Assembly (NCBI GenBank): GCA_002269645.1
Contig: NIVC01001980.1
Location: 77,879-141,878, forward strand
From: Macrostomum lignano
Lineage: Eukaryota
DNA: 64,000 bases
Direction: 5' to 3'
Shown here: in pieces, positions 11,676 through 23,820 of the stretch
Numbering within the stretch: the first letter of the stretch is position 1
How the letters are laid out: the number at the start of each line of letters is the position of its first letter
The notes under the pieces: generated by a model
Seen by the model: the letters and a program-made list of their open reading frames with translations, nothing else
Databases searched by the model: none
What the model was told of the DNA's origin: nothing
Translations under genes and position numbers: made by a program

Positions 11676-12489
11676 GTCATAATTCTCAAATACAGTGTAC
11701 TGCATGCTGCGTGCTTATTAAGCTTAATACTGTTGGAAAATTAATTCTCTGAATAGAAAAGACCGCCCATTTTGGCGGATTCGATTCCACAAACAAAAGC
11801 ATTTTGACGCTCTCCCGTATAGACTGCAAGCTCAACGGCTCTGCTTAACGCGAACGAGAATGCGAATAGCCAGAGGCTTCAAAAGAGGTGACGGAAAAAA
11901 GTGAGAAATGCAGAGCTCAATTTGGCCAGATGAATTACAAAATGCCCCCCCCCTTCTCTGGGAGCAGCTGGGTCAGAGCGGTTGTTTTGTGCGGCAGGTG
12001 TGAAGCTTAAGGGCAGCTGCAGCCGGAGCAATTATTCAACTGCCGATAAACAGAGCGGCTAATTATGGGGTTTTGACCTCCTCGAGCAGAGCTCAGCATT
12101 AACTCACAAGAATTTAAGCTTTATAACAGCCTGTTGCTACCTCTCATTTCAATTTCAGGAGCGTAGCAATACCCATTGCAAAGCAAGATTGAGTTAGTTT
12201 ATTAAATAATTACTGTACAGCATTCGGCAGCACCGATGCTCGATTGGTAGATCGAACCCGCGATTTTGTCCGGGAACTGAGTAAGAGTTTTCACTGATTC
12301 ACTGTCCAAGTTAATGCAAATTTGTGCCTGTTGAGCAATTGCTGTAACCTGTCATAAGGCATGAATACTGTTTACCGTAGCCCAGGGGTAGGAAAGGTCC
12401 GGCCATAGGCCACATGCGGCGGCCCGCGTAGCCTCTCTTTCCGGCTCTCGGGTCCTTTGAGACTTCACAATAGCAATGCGGTGCGCTTA

Positions 12490-12855
12490 AGCTCTCTTCT
12501 CTCCTATCCCCTCGTCTCCTTTCCTTTCCTCTCCTCTCATCTCTCCTCTCTCTTTCATATCCTCTCCCTTCTCCTCTCTCATCTCTACCCTCTCATCTCT
12601 CATCTCTACCCTCTCATCTCTCATCTCTCCCCTCTACTATCTCGTCTCTACCCTCTCCCCTCTCGTCTAACCCCTCTCCTCTCTCATCTCTCCCCTCTCC
12701 TCTCTCATCTCTCCCCTCTCCTCCCTCATCTCTACCCTCTCCTCTCTCATCTCTCCCCTCTCACCTCTCGTCTCTCCCCTCTACTATCTCATCTCTACCC
12801 TCTCACCTCTCATCTCTCCCCTCTACTATATCATCTCTCCCCTCTCCTCTCTTCA
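12490..12855. repeat. CT-rich low-complexity tandem repeat
   Basis: Direct reading. Confidence 0.9.
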
Positions 12856-13250
12856 ATCCTCTTATTTCAATCAGCGACTACCTGAACAGGTTGCCCGTCA
12901 AAGCTTTTTAAAAGTTCGCAAATAAAAAAATTAACCGGCTTTTACATGAGAATAATTCTCATCGATTCCAGGCCGCACTACTTCATGATAGTAGATAGCA
13001 GTAGTATGTAAAAGGATTCCAGACACCACCCCCATACCCATTACAAAGTCAAGTCATGCGCAGCTGTGGTGCCGACCAATCGGTGAAGACTTTGGCCTTC
13101 GCCTGCGGCGGTCCCTGCTCAGGCTGTGAGGAGGAGGAGGAGGAGGAGGAGGAGGAGCTTAAAAGCTCCTCAGCCGCCGCTGCCGCAGGCGCCTCAGTTG
13201 TAAATCTCCGCCAGTCGCTGAAGCTCAGAACTGCTGCTCCAGACGACAAC

Positions 13251-16200
13251 ATGCCGAAACAGCCGGAGTATCTGCTGCTTTTTCACGCCGTCACCTGCGG
13301 CCCAGCCGCCCCCGACTCGGAGCTGGCTGAGGAGCTGTCGCCGATCTGTCAGCTGGCTTATCTGGTGTACAATGTGCAGCAGAAGAAGGTGAAGATGGCA
13401 TTAGAGTTTATTAGAGAGGCGCTACATTGTCTGTCTTGTTGTCTGTCTTTTTGTCTGTCTTGTTGTCTGTCTTTTTGTCTGTCTTGTCTGTCTTGTTGTC
13501 TGTCTTTTTGTCTGTCTTGTCTGTCTTGTTGTCTGTCTTTTTGTCTGTCTTGTCTGTCTTGTTGTCTGTCCTGTTGTCTGTATTGTCTGTCTTGTTGTCT
13601 GTCTTTTGTCTGTCTTGTCTGTCTTGTTGTCTGTCCTGTTATCTGTCTTGTTGTTTGCGTTGTCTGTCTTGTTGTCTGTCTTGTTGTTTGTCTTGTTGTC
13701 TCTTCCAGTGTTTGTTTAGAAACTGTTCGGATTTAGCTTATGTACTTTTCGAAGAAACCTTGTCTTCAGAAAAGCTTTGTACTTGTTCAATTGTTCATGA
13801 TGCACCCAAAGTGAGAAATTGTGACTAATAGTTCCCCTCCGGAAACTTACGAGTCTCCAGGTGATGACGCTGGCCCAACATCCGGTGAAGCCGCTTCTGC
13901 CGCCGGGACCTGCCGTCTCCTCAGATTTTTCCGAGGAAGCGGTCGAGACACGCGAAGACGGCCGGGCACCGGTGTCGGCGGACTGCACGGCGGTGACTGG
14001 CGTCACCGAGGAGTCGCTGGATGCGGCCGCGCTTCTGGCCGACTGTCTAGACGAGGTGCGATAGTGGATTATCCCTGAGTGCTGTTCGATCCTTCCATTC
14101 TGGCCCTGCCTCTATGGATGCGAATCCCCAGAACCCTGGATGCGAGTCCCCAAACCCTGGATGCGAGTCCCCAGAACCCTGGATGCGAGTCCCCAGAACC
14201 CTGGATGCGAGTCCCCAGAACCCTGGATGCGAGTCCCTAGAACCCTGGATGCGAGTCCCCAGAACCCTGGATGCGAGTCCCCAGAACCCTGGATGCGAGT
14301 CCCCAGAACCCTGGATGCGAGTCCCCAGAACCCTGGATGCGAGTCCCTAGAACCCTGGATGCGAGTCCCCAGAACCCTGGATGCGAGTCCCCAGAACCCT
14401 GGATGCGAGTCCCTAGAGCTTTATCTCTGAGCCGGTCTTCAATCTTTTAACAGATGGACCGAGCCTTGCTAAACGCGGGCGTCCATCCCAGCGCTGACGG
14501 TCGCGACCTCCGTCTGATCACTGACGGACAGGCGCCACTGCGCCTCCTGCTGCACCCGGAGGCCGCCGCCAAGGGTATCCGCCTGCCCAGCTACTGCTAC
14601 GCCTTCCACGACCTGCGCAAGGAGTTCTGCAGGGCGCGCCGTAGCCGACAGCCCGCCACTTCGCTGGAGGAAATGATGGCTGGTCTGTCCTGCCAGCTGT
14701 CTTCGTGTCTGTCTGTCTCGTGTGTCTGTCTGTCTGTCTGTCTATGCATCCGTCTTGTGTGTCTGTTTGTTTTGTGTCTGTCTCAGTGTCTGACTTGTGC
14801 TATTCTTAGAGCATGTTTGTTTGCTTGTCTCACCCAACAGAATGTCCCATACTCGCAGAGCTGGGGCTGCAGCAGCAACATCAGCAAGCCGGGGAGCCTG
14901 TCGCAGCGGCAGCCGCAGCGGCAGCGGCCAGGACTCAGGACACGGGCTTCAGCGCTAGCATGTGCCTGGCCATGTCTCGCATCATTGGCTGCCTGCTTGA
15001 AGACGGTGAGTTCCCGTCTGCCGGATAGTGATAACTGGAGGCAGCACACTCAGTGTCAAGGCCGGCTTCAAGCAACGCAGGCGCAGCTGTTCTTATCTAT
15101 ACTTCATTCCGCTTTTAGGGCACAAGTTTCTGGAGCCGGAATCGATATCAAAGGAGTACCGCCCGGCGTTGATGTGAGTTCAGTTGTACCTAAGTACCCG
15201 AACCATAACCATAACCCTAACCCTAACCCAAACCCTAACCCTATCCATAACCCTAACCCTAAACCTAACCCTAACCCTAACCCTATCCCTAACCCTAAAC
15301 TTAACCCTAACCCTAACGTTGTGGATGTACATCGGTTTCGTCTTAGCTACTGAAATAACAAAAGATCATTTCTAAAAGCACTCAGAGCCGTATCGATTTT
15401 ACATGTATAGGGGTTGTAGCCTAGTGGTTAGAGCGTCTGTCTCGCGACTTGAAGGTCGGGGATTCGATTCCCGATCCCACTGGAACAATTTGTGTCTTTT
15501 TATGCAAGACACTTAACTTTGCATTGCTTCAGTTCACTCAGCTGTAAAATGGGTGCCAGCATTAGCTGGGGTAGTTGAGGGTGTGTGTGGCGATCCTCCA
15601 GTCCTTGGACTGAACAGCCGTACGCAGCCTTCAGATGCGCCGCGCAAATAACTGCGGCTGAGCTGTCGGTTGCACATATCGGCCTATTGGGGCAGGTGTA
15701 ATCAGTTATTGTTACTATTATCGATATTAAAATCTAATTTAATATCGCATTGTTCGTTTAAAAAAGGAATTAATTAGATTTTACGTTTCGATCAAATTTA
15801 AAATGCTTACTAAAGTCAGCTCACTTAAATATCAGCCCACTAGTGCAGCATGTATAAACTGTATGCGGGACAAAAATGGACTCAGATGCCTAAAGCTTTG
15901 AGTCTTTGATTAATATTAAGCCCTATATACAGATTGTCTTATCTTTCCTATCCAGATACTGTGTTTAAATCTCCTTGATAGCATGAACGTGATGTCTGGT
16001 TGGATTTGTCTATCTCTACCGGTAGTTCCCGCAATTTCAACCCCCGAACCGGCAGCCGCAAATCCGAGCCGGTCGAGCCCGAGACGGTGGTGCGACTGCG
16101 CGGCCTCCCCTGGCAGGCCGGCGACATCGAGGTGGCCACCGTCTTCTTCAGCGGCCTCAACGTCTGTCCGGGCGGCGTCGCCCTCGTTCTCAGCCGGACA

Positions 16201-19200
16201 GGCGGCCGGCGCAACGGCGAAGCCCTCGTCCGTTTCGAATGCGCCGAGCACCGAGACTTGGCGCTGCTGCGCCACCGGCGCCACCTGGGCCGGCGCTACA
16301 TCGAGGTGTTCAAGGCCAACGCGCGCGACTACCTGGCCGTGGCCGCCGCCTGCACGGCGGAGGCCGAGGAATTCCTGGCTCGGCTTGACGGCTCCGGGCA
16401 GCAGCTCATCCGCATGCGGGGCCTCCCCTACGTGGTCACCGCGGAGCAGGTGGTGAGCGACAACTCTTGCCAGCCCTGACACCAGATCTGACACCAGCCC
16501 TGACACCAGCCCTGACACCAGCCCTGACAACAGCCCTGACACCACTCCTGCCAGCCCTGACACCAGCCCTGACACTAGCCCTGACACCAGCCCTGACACC
16601 AGCCCTGACACTAGCCCTGAAACCAGCCCTGACAACAGCCCTGACACCAGTCTCAATTATATCAAGTTCTACACAACTTGTAAAACAAACTACCAACAAG
16701 TATACGGTAGCTTGAAATATTCAACGCACCCTTCGGGTGCAATCTCAGCAGACCTAGCAGAGTTAACACGCTGCTAGGCCTTTGGCGGCTTGGTCTGGGA
16801 GACTTTTTTATCAAGCTTGTTTCTCTCACAGCAGCGGCAGGCGGCCAGGCGCTCAGCGTTATCACAGACTGGGCTGCGGTTTTAGCTGGTAGTTATACAG
16901 TCTGCATTCAGTGATCTCGTCTGCGATCCACCGCTGCCAACGAATGCGCCCTGGGTTGTGTGTGTGCAATGCGGTTGGTTCGCGTTAACGCAAAAGAGAT
17001 CTAATTGTTGCTTGAAAGTATTAGCTGTTTTTTTAGCCTGGAATCGCTTTATCAGATATTATGGCTTCAAGTGCAGAGGGACTTGCTTTTCAAGCATATA
17101 AACTGGTATTATTGTCTAGCTAAATATTTAGTACATTCAGGGGTCAGTAACACGAACAGCTGACACCTCAGACGTTCAGGTGGCTTTGACAGATCTTTGG
17201 CGGTAGGGGTTCCAAAGGGTTCCAAGGGGTTCCAAGGGGTTCCAAGGGGTTCCAAGGGGTTCCAAGGGGTTCCAAGGGGTTCCAAGGGGTTCCAAGGTGT
17301 TCCAAGGTGTTCCAAAGGGTTCCAAGGGGTTCCAAGGGGTTTTGAGGTATTTCAACGGATGTATTGGCGGAGAAAGTGTCACTGAGAGAATATCCAGAGA
17401 GGTTTTCCTGGGTAATCGGTTCGAAATGGAACCGGTTGGTTATAAAAAAATTTTCGAAGCTCCTCGTAGTGTTCCGAGAGAATATACGCTCGCATGAGGT
17501 TCCGAAGCATTACCAGAGTTCTGAAAGAATGTAAGCTCGTAAGTAGTTTGGTAATACATTTACAGCTATGCACTATATTACTACTAAGTAGGCACTAGCG
17601 AAAACGACAATTATTCTCTCTAAAACAAAAAACTCGTCCCCTGCTTTGCCCAGCTGGAATTCTTCGACAAGTCGTCCTGCCCGGTGCAGTTCGGCCGTGA
17701 CGGGCTGCTCTTTGCCCAGCGCGCCGACGGACGCGCCACCGGCGACGCCTTTGCTCTGTTTGCCAGCTCCGAGCGCGCCGAGCGCGCCCTGGAACGCGGC
17801 CACCGTCAGCACATCGGCAGCCGCTACGTGGAATTGTTCAAATCAACCCCGGCTGAGCTCAACCAGGTGCTGGGCGGCTTTCAACAACAACAGCAGCAGC
17901 AGCAGCAGCAGCAGGTTTATCAGCATCAAAAGCAACAGCAGCAAATGCACAGTCAGCAACAACAACAACAACAGCAGCAGCAGCAAAAGCAACAACAGCT
18001 GCAGCAGCTGTGGCACCAGCGGCATTTGCTACGCATCGGCGGGATGCCTGCAGAAGCGACCGTTGCCGACATCCTCGGCTTTCTTGAGCAGCACGCGGCC
18101 GGCATCGCCTACCAGGTGAACCTTTTTCGTCACAGCTTCACTCCAGGTGGATTCTCCCAGCAGAGCCCCATGATGGATTCCCGAGGAAAATCCCATGATT
18201 GAATTCCCAAGGAAAATCCCATGATGGATTTCTATGATGGCTTCGCCTAAGAAAACCCCATGATGGATTTCCATGGATTCCTCGAGGATAATTTCATAAT
18301 GGATTTCCATGGATTCCCCGGGAAAATCCCATGATGCTCCCATTATGGATTCCCAAATGAAAATCCCGTGATGGAATTCCCAAAGAAAATCAAATCATGG
18401 ATTTCTCATGATGGATTCCCCGAGGAAAATCCCATGATGGATTTCCATGGATTCCCCGAGGAAAATCCCATGATGGATTTCCATGGATTACCCGAGGAAA
18501 ATCCCATGATGGATTTCCATGGATTCCCCGAGGAAAATCCCATGATGGATTTCCATGGATTTCCCCGAGGAAAATCGAATCATGGATTTCCATGAATTCC
18601 CCGAGGAAAATCGAATCATGGATTTCCATGAATTCCCCGAGGAAAATCCCATAATGGATTTCCCATGATGGATTTCCGAGGAAAATCCCATGATGGATTT
18701 CCTATGATGGATTCCATAAAAGCCAACTTAGAATTTGTTGGTGTAAAATCGATGTCAAGGATTTCCAGATAGAAATAGAAACGAAACTTCCGAATGGCAA
18801 ACTCAAATATTCGTTGCAATTATTCAGAAAATAAATTCTTCCATAGCTGTATTATGTTAAACCACCATGCATCCAACCAGGGGGTGCACCAGGTGTTAAA
18901 TCACCTGGGTCAGCCCACCGGCGAGGCGGTCATCGAGATGACGTCAGACTGGGCAGCCCGGATGGCCTGCGAGGCCAAGGACGGCAGTCAGTTCTGGAGA
19001 CTGGACGGCCGGGGACCGGGCGGAGTGATTGTCGAAGTGCAGCTCTGCGGCACTGCCGAATTGCCGCCACCTCCGCCTCCGCCTCCGCCGCCGCCGCTGC
19101 CGCAGCACCTGCTGCCACCGCCAAATCCGTCGCCTCTGATGTCGCACGCCCCGATGTTGCTGCCGCAGTTTCCGTTGCTGACGGTGGCGCACTGCCAGCC

Positions 19201-20820
19201 GCCCTATTTCCCGGCCAATCTGCCGGCAGTTCCCGTTGTCCCCGCCTATCCGGTGAGTAGCGCTCTGACACTCTGTTGCAGTTTGTTTTAATCTGTTGCA
19301 GCTTGTTTGTTTTAATCTGTTGCAGTTTGTTTGTTTTAATCTGTTGCAGTTTGTTTGTTTTAATCTGTTGCAGTTTGTTTGTTTTAATCTGTTGAAGTTT
19401 GTTTGTTTTAATCTGTTGCAGCTTGTTTGTTTTAATCTGTTGAAGTTTGTTTGCTTTAATTTGTTGCAGTTTGTTTGTTTTAATCTGTTGCAGTTTGTTT
19501 GTTTTAATCTGTTGAAGTTTGTTTGTTTTATTCTGTTGAAGTTTGTTTGTTTTAATCTGTTGAAGTTTGTTTGCTTTAATTTGTTGCAGTTTGTTTGTTT
19601 TAATCTGTTGCAGTTTGTTTGTTTTAATCTGTTGAAGTTTGTTTGTTTTAATCTGTTGCAGCTTGTTTGTTTTAATCTGTTGCAGTTTGTTTGTTTTAAT
19701 CTGTTGCAGTTTGTTTGTTTTAATCTGTTGAAGTTTGTTTGCTTTAATTTGTTGCAGTTTGTTTGTTTTAATCTGTTGCAGCTTGTTTGTTTTAATCTGT
19801 TGAAGTTTGTTTGCTTTAATTTGTTGCAGTTTGTTTGTTTTAATCTGTTGCAGTTTGTTTGTTTTAATCTGTTGAAGTTTGTTTGTTTTATTCTGTTGAA
19901 GTTTGTTTGTTTTAATCTGTTGCAGTTTGTTTGTTTTAATCTGTTGCAGTTTGTTTGTTTTAATCTGTTAAAGTTTGTTTGTTTTAATCTGTTGAAGTTT
20001 GTTTGTTTTAATCTGTTGCAGTTTGTTTGTTTTAATCTGTTGCAGTTTGTTTGTTTTAATCTGTTGAAGTTTGTTTGTTTTAATCTGTTGCAGTTTGTTT
20101 GTTTTAATCTGTTGAAGTTTGTTTGCTTTAATCTGTTGAAGTTTGTTTGTTTTAATCTGTTGCAGTTTGTTTGTTTTAATCTGTTGAAGTTTGTTTGTTT
20201 TATTCTGTTGAAGTTTGTTTGTTTTAATCTGTTGAAGTTTGTTTGTTTTAATCTGTTGCAGCTTGTTTGTTTTAATCTGTTGAAGTTTGTTTGTTTTAAT
20301 CTGTTGAAGTTTGTTTGTTTTAATCTGTTGAAGTTTGTTTGTTTTAATCTGTTGCAGTTTGTTTGTTTTAATCTGTTGCAGTTTGTTTGTTTTAATCTGT
20401 TGCAGTTTGTTTGTTTTAATCTGTTGAAGTTTGTTTGTTTTAATCTGTTGCAGTTTGTTTGTTTTAATTTGTTGCAGTTTGTTTGTTTTAATCTGTTGCA
20501 GTTTTTTTAATTTTTGTTGCAGTTTGTTTAAATTTGTTCCAGGTTGTTTAATTCTGTGCTCTTAAAATTGAATGCACTTTTACGTCACATTCAGTTGTTC
20601 ATGTTTGGTTAGATTAAGCTGTTTTGTACTATGAAAGAAATTTTCGTTTTGTTTGAAAGCACCTGCGTCAAATTGAAATGGAACTCCGATCATCCTGTAT
20701 ACTTATCCGTCACACTCGCAGCAGCCGCAGACGGCACCCGCCGTTGGTTCGCCAGTGCCGCTGCATCCCGTCAGCGCAGAGGGCCGCCTGCTCGCCTCGC
20801 AGACAGTGCTGGCCATCTGA
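13251..20820 (+). CDS. ESRP1: ESRP/fusilli RNA-binding splicing regulator, 9 exons: 13251-13388, 13861-14055, 14454-14682, 14841-15005, 15119-15173, 16026-16452, 17654-18115, 18881-19252, 20722-20820
   Basis: N-terminal exonuclease-like region (MPKQPEYLLLFHAVT; LITDGQAPLRLLLHPEA..FHDLRKEF). RRM1 VVRLRGLPWQ..GRRNGEALVRF..GRRYIEVFKA. RRM2 IRMRGLPY..GRATGDAFALF..GSRYVELFKST. RRM3 GVHQVLNHLGQPTGEA. All junctions GT-AG and phase-consistent. The symbol denotes the ESRP1/2-fusilli ortholog group. Confidence 0.93.
13428..13705. repeat. (TGTCT/TGTTG)-type simple repeat, ESRP intron 1
   Basis: Direct reading. Confidence 0.9.
14115..14416. repeat. 22-bp minisatellite (GGATGCGAGTCCCCAGAACCCT)n, ESRP intron 2
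   Basis: Direct reading. Confidence 0.95.
15206..15317. repeat. Degenerate telomere-like (CCCTAA)n tract, ESRP intron 5
   Basis: AACCCTAACCCTAAC runs with variants. Confidence 0.85.
15408..15570 (+). mobile_element. tRNA-derived SINE with a CORE-like domain
   Basis: A box TAGCCTAGTGG and B-box-like GGATTCGATTCC, followed by GCAAGACACTTAAC...CTCAGCTGTAAAATGGG resembling the MIR/CORE segment. Confidence 0.65.
16470..16650. repeat. 12-bp minisatellite (CCAGCCCTGACA)n, ESRP intron 6
   Basis: Direct reading. Confidence 0.93.
17206..17341. repeat. 10-bp minisatellite (GGGGTTCCAA)n, ESRP intron 6
   Basis: Direct reading. Confidence 0.93.
18165..18712. repeat. About 33-bp degenerate minisatellite (GAGGAAAATCCCATGATGGATTTCCATGGATTCCCC-like), ESRP intron 7
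   Basis: Direct reading. Confidence 0.88.
19275..20505. repeat. 24-bp minisatellite (TTGCAGTTTGTTTGTTTTAATCTG)n, about 50 copies, ESRP intron 8
   Basis: Direct reading. Confidence 0.96.
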
Positions 20821-21043
20821 TTCAACAGTCTCCATCGCGTAATCCAACGATTGGAGTCCAATATTCTAGGTCACTGCTACTCTGCAGACTGGCATGTCAG
20901 CATAAAATTATATAACTTCATCTTCTCATTTCAAGGTCGTTTCAGTTAGTTATTTTATTGGCTTGAAACATTTGCATGCTTTTAAGTTCTGCATGTATAT
21001 ATTCGTAGAAACAGAGAAAAATCGATAACAGATTAGGGTATAG

Positions 21044-21600
21044 CAGCTGAAGGTGACCCACTGAAGGAACAGACAGGAGCTAAAGGTAAAGGAACAAACA
21101 ACAGCTGAAGGTGACCCACTGAAGGAACAGACAGGAGCTGAAGGTGACCCACTGAAGGAACAGGCAGGAGCTGAAGGTGACCCACTGAAGGAACAGACAG
21201 GAGCTGAAGGTGACCCACTGAAGGAACAGACAGGAGCTGAAGGTAAAGGAACAGACAGGAGCTGAAGATGACCCACTGAAGGAACAGACAGGAGCTGAAG
21301 GTAAAGGAACAGACAGGAGCTGAAGGTGACCCACTGAAGGAACAGACAGGAGCTGAAGGTGACCCACTGAAGGAACAGACAGGAGCTGAAGGTGACCCAC
21401 TGAAGGAACAGGCAGGAGCTGAAGGTGACCCACTGAAGGAACAGACAGGAGCTGAAGGTGACCCACTGAAGGAACAGACAGGAGCTGAAGGTGAGCCACT
21501 GAAGGAACAGACAGGAGCTGAAGGTGACCCACTGAAGGAACAGACAGGAGCTGAAGGTGACCCACTGAAGGAACAGACAGGAGCCGAAGGTCTACCCCAC
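21044..21600. repeat. 33-bp minisatellite (GGAGCTGAAGGTGACCCACTGAAGGAACAGACA)n
   Basis: Direct reading. Confidence 0.95.
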
Positions 21601-22049
21601 TGAACTCTAGGCTTCTCATGAGGTGTACATGTATGTTTTAAATGTTATTCACTTAGCGGTCAAATTTTTTTCAAAAGTTTTTGTTGACCGATCATTTACA
21701 TTGTAACAAAGCAATTTTTAATTACATTTATTCCAAATATGCATAGTCGCGTTTTTATTTCTGCACATCAGGCCCAATCAGTTGAGGCATGTACAATCGA
21801 TATAGATCGTATTTAAACATTCAAGTAAAGTTTGCATCCCGTAAGCTTTGCGTACCACAATTGTTTGCAAAACATCTATTGACATTTTAATGTACTTATC
21901 CAAAACATTTAATAATGCTATCAACCTTTGGCTATTTCATTCCACTAACTCTGTCATTAGCGTCCTATTTTTAAATACATTTCAAGGAACTCCTAAAAGT
22001 ACGCCAGTCGCTTTGCAAATTAACAATTATATTCAAAGCATTAAGCATC

Positions 22050-22402
22050 AGATTGGCTAGATTAGCAATCCAGTCTATTCCTAATTAGATTGGCTAGATT
22101 AGCAATCCAGTCTATTCCTAATCAGATTGGCTAGATTAGCAATCCAGTCTATTCCTAATCAGATTGGCTAGATTAGCAATCCAGTCTATTCCTAATTAGA
22201 TTGGCTAGATTAGCAATCCAGTCTATTCCTAATTAGATTGGCTAGATTAGCAATCCAGTCTATTCCTAATCAGATTGGCTAGATTAGCAATCCAGTCTAT
22301 TCCTAATCAGATTGGCTAGATTAGCAATCCAGTCTATTCCTAATCAGATTGGCTAGATTAGCAATCCAGTCTATTCCTAATCAGATTGGCTAGATTAGCA
22401 AC
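22050..22402. repeat. 37-bp minisatellite (GATTGGCTAGATTAGCAATCCAGTCTATTCCTAATCA)n
   Basis: Direct reading. Confidence 0.95.
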
Positions 22403-23285
22403 CTATTTACCACCAATTGTTATTTTAACATCAGAAACAAAGAGAAGACAGACAGCTAGAGAAACGGGTTAATTCAATTTTAACAATAATCGAGGCAGTA
22501 GTATATATATTGTGTACAGTGGAAAGCTGAAAAAAGGTAAAGCCAGGTAATACCAACTTGTGCGCCGTAATATTGCACAAAATGAAGGCCTACAAAATTG
22601 TAGCATTAATTGTGACAAATATCAATTGACTGCAACTAATGGATTTTTAGCATGCTAAATCTAAGCGACGATATACTTATCTGTGAAAAGACAGAAATGG
22701 TGCGCAGACCATGTTAAATTGAAACTTGATTTTTCCAACTGCTGAAAAGCTTCAACAGTAAATAAGAAACGGACTTGTATAACTAATAAAATAATTAATA
22801 AATTTGACATTTATATGGAATTTGAAATGTATAAATAAATAAAAAGTTTGAACACAGACAACTGCAAATACTATAAATAGTATGTGGAGGCAAAGGCGAA
22901 TGGTGTTAGAAATGAATTGCGGACAACATTACAGGCACAACAGTGTAGCTTATTGGGACACAGAGTCCTTGCATGCGCCTTGGGAATTGAATTTCTAGTT
23001 TCCGAAGCAAACCCCTGACAGGCAGTCAGGCCCACACAGGCTCACACAGGGTCTACAGCGGCCCTGACTCTCTCATTAACAGACATGTACACATTCAGTG
23101 GTTGGCCAATCGGTCCTCATGGCAAGACAAGGAATCAGGCACGAAGTCACGCACGTCAATCCCTGTGCTACCCCCCCCCCCACCAAAGGGGAGTCTCTGT
23201 TTGCGGTTATAACTATTGAAGTGCAAAGAAAATTGCGGAAGCAGAGTAACTTGCAGACAGAAGTGCCCATTCTTCTCCAAGCCAG

Positions 23286-23585
23286 TCAGGGCTGGTCGCA
23301 CGGCTCCTGCACCACAACCAGCAGGTAGTCTTTGTCTGGAGCCACCATAATCTCATTCTTCTTCGATCTGATCCGCAGGAAGGTGAGGTCATTGCCGGCG
23401 TCCAGATCGCGAATTGCTGAGCGGGACTTGTGCGCCAGCTGCTGGATGAGGGCGCAGTACTGCACAGTGAGGCTGCTGTCTGCAAAGGAGCTGCGAATCG
23501 GGATACCATCAAAGTTGACAATGATGACGCCAACAACGCCTTTGTGCGCCAGGATGCGCTTGAAGGTTTCTTCTACTTCAGCCAT
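23286..23585 (-). CDS. DYNLRB: Dynein light chain roadblock-type, 99 aa, uninterrupted CDS
   Basis: [32 protein letters not shown]...[28 protein letters not shown] is the roadblock/LC7 consensus. Confidence 0.96.
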   Translation of the reverse strand: MAEVEETFKRILAHKGVVGVIIVNFDGIPIRSSFADSSLTVQYCALIQQLAHKSRSAIRDLDAGNDLTFLRIRSKKNEIMVAPDKDYLLVVVQEPCDQP

Positions 23586-23820
23586 GCAAATTTACGTTTA
23601 AACAAGACTCATTAGAAAAAAGATAGTACTCACAGAATATTCTGTGGATTGTACTAACGAAACTTTGACATCCATCTAGTCTGGCATACGAGCTATTAGT
23701 CTTAACAAAACTATAAAAATTATATAATTGATCAAAAAACCTCCCCCAAGTCTTCTGTCACGGTATTGGCGTAGAGGTTATGACCCTTAAAAGGGCCGTT
23801 TGACGAGAATTGTCGTAAGT

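Noticed and set aside
12381-12432. hAT/Charlie-like terminus CAGGGGTAGG..GGCCACATGCGGC
   Set aside because: Only one end is recognisable, with no partner TIR or TSD
15206-15317. Telomere or chromosome-fusion scar
   Set aside because: Only about 110 bp, degenerate, single orientation, inside an intron of an intact gene
15408-15480. tRNA gene (also 35715-35785)
   Set aside because: A/B-box-like motifs are present but I cannot fold a full cloverleaf; the first continues into a SINE body
15956-16025. Alternative ESRP acceptor at 15955 (DTVFKSP)
   Set aside because: Runs into TGA TAG; the 55-nt exon 15119-15173 plus the acceptor at 16025 gives a continuous, homologous frame
19296-20510. 404-aa ORF (VCFNLLQF)n
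   Set aside because: Translation of a 24-bp intronic minisatellite whose unit has no stop in that frame
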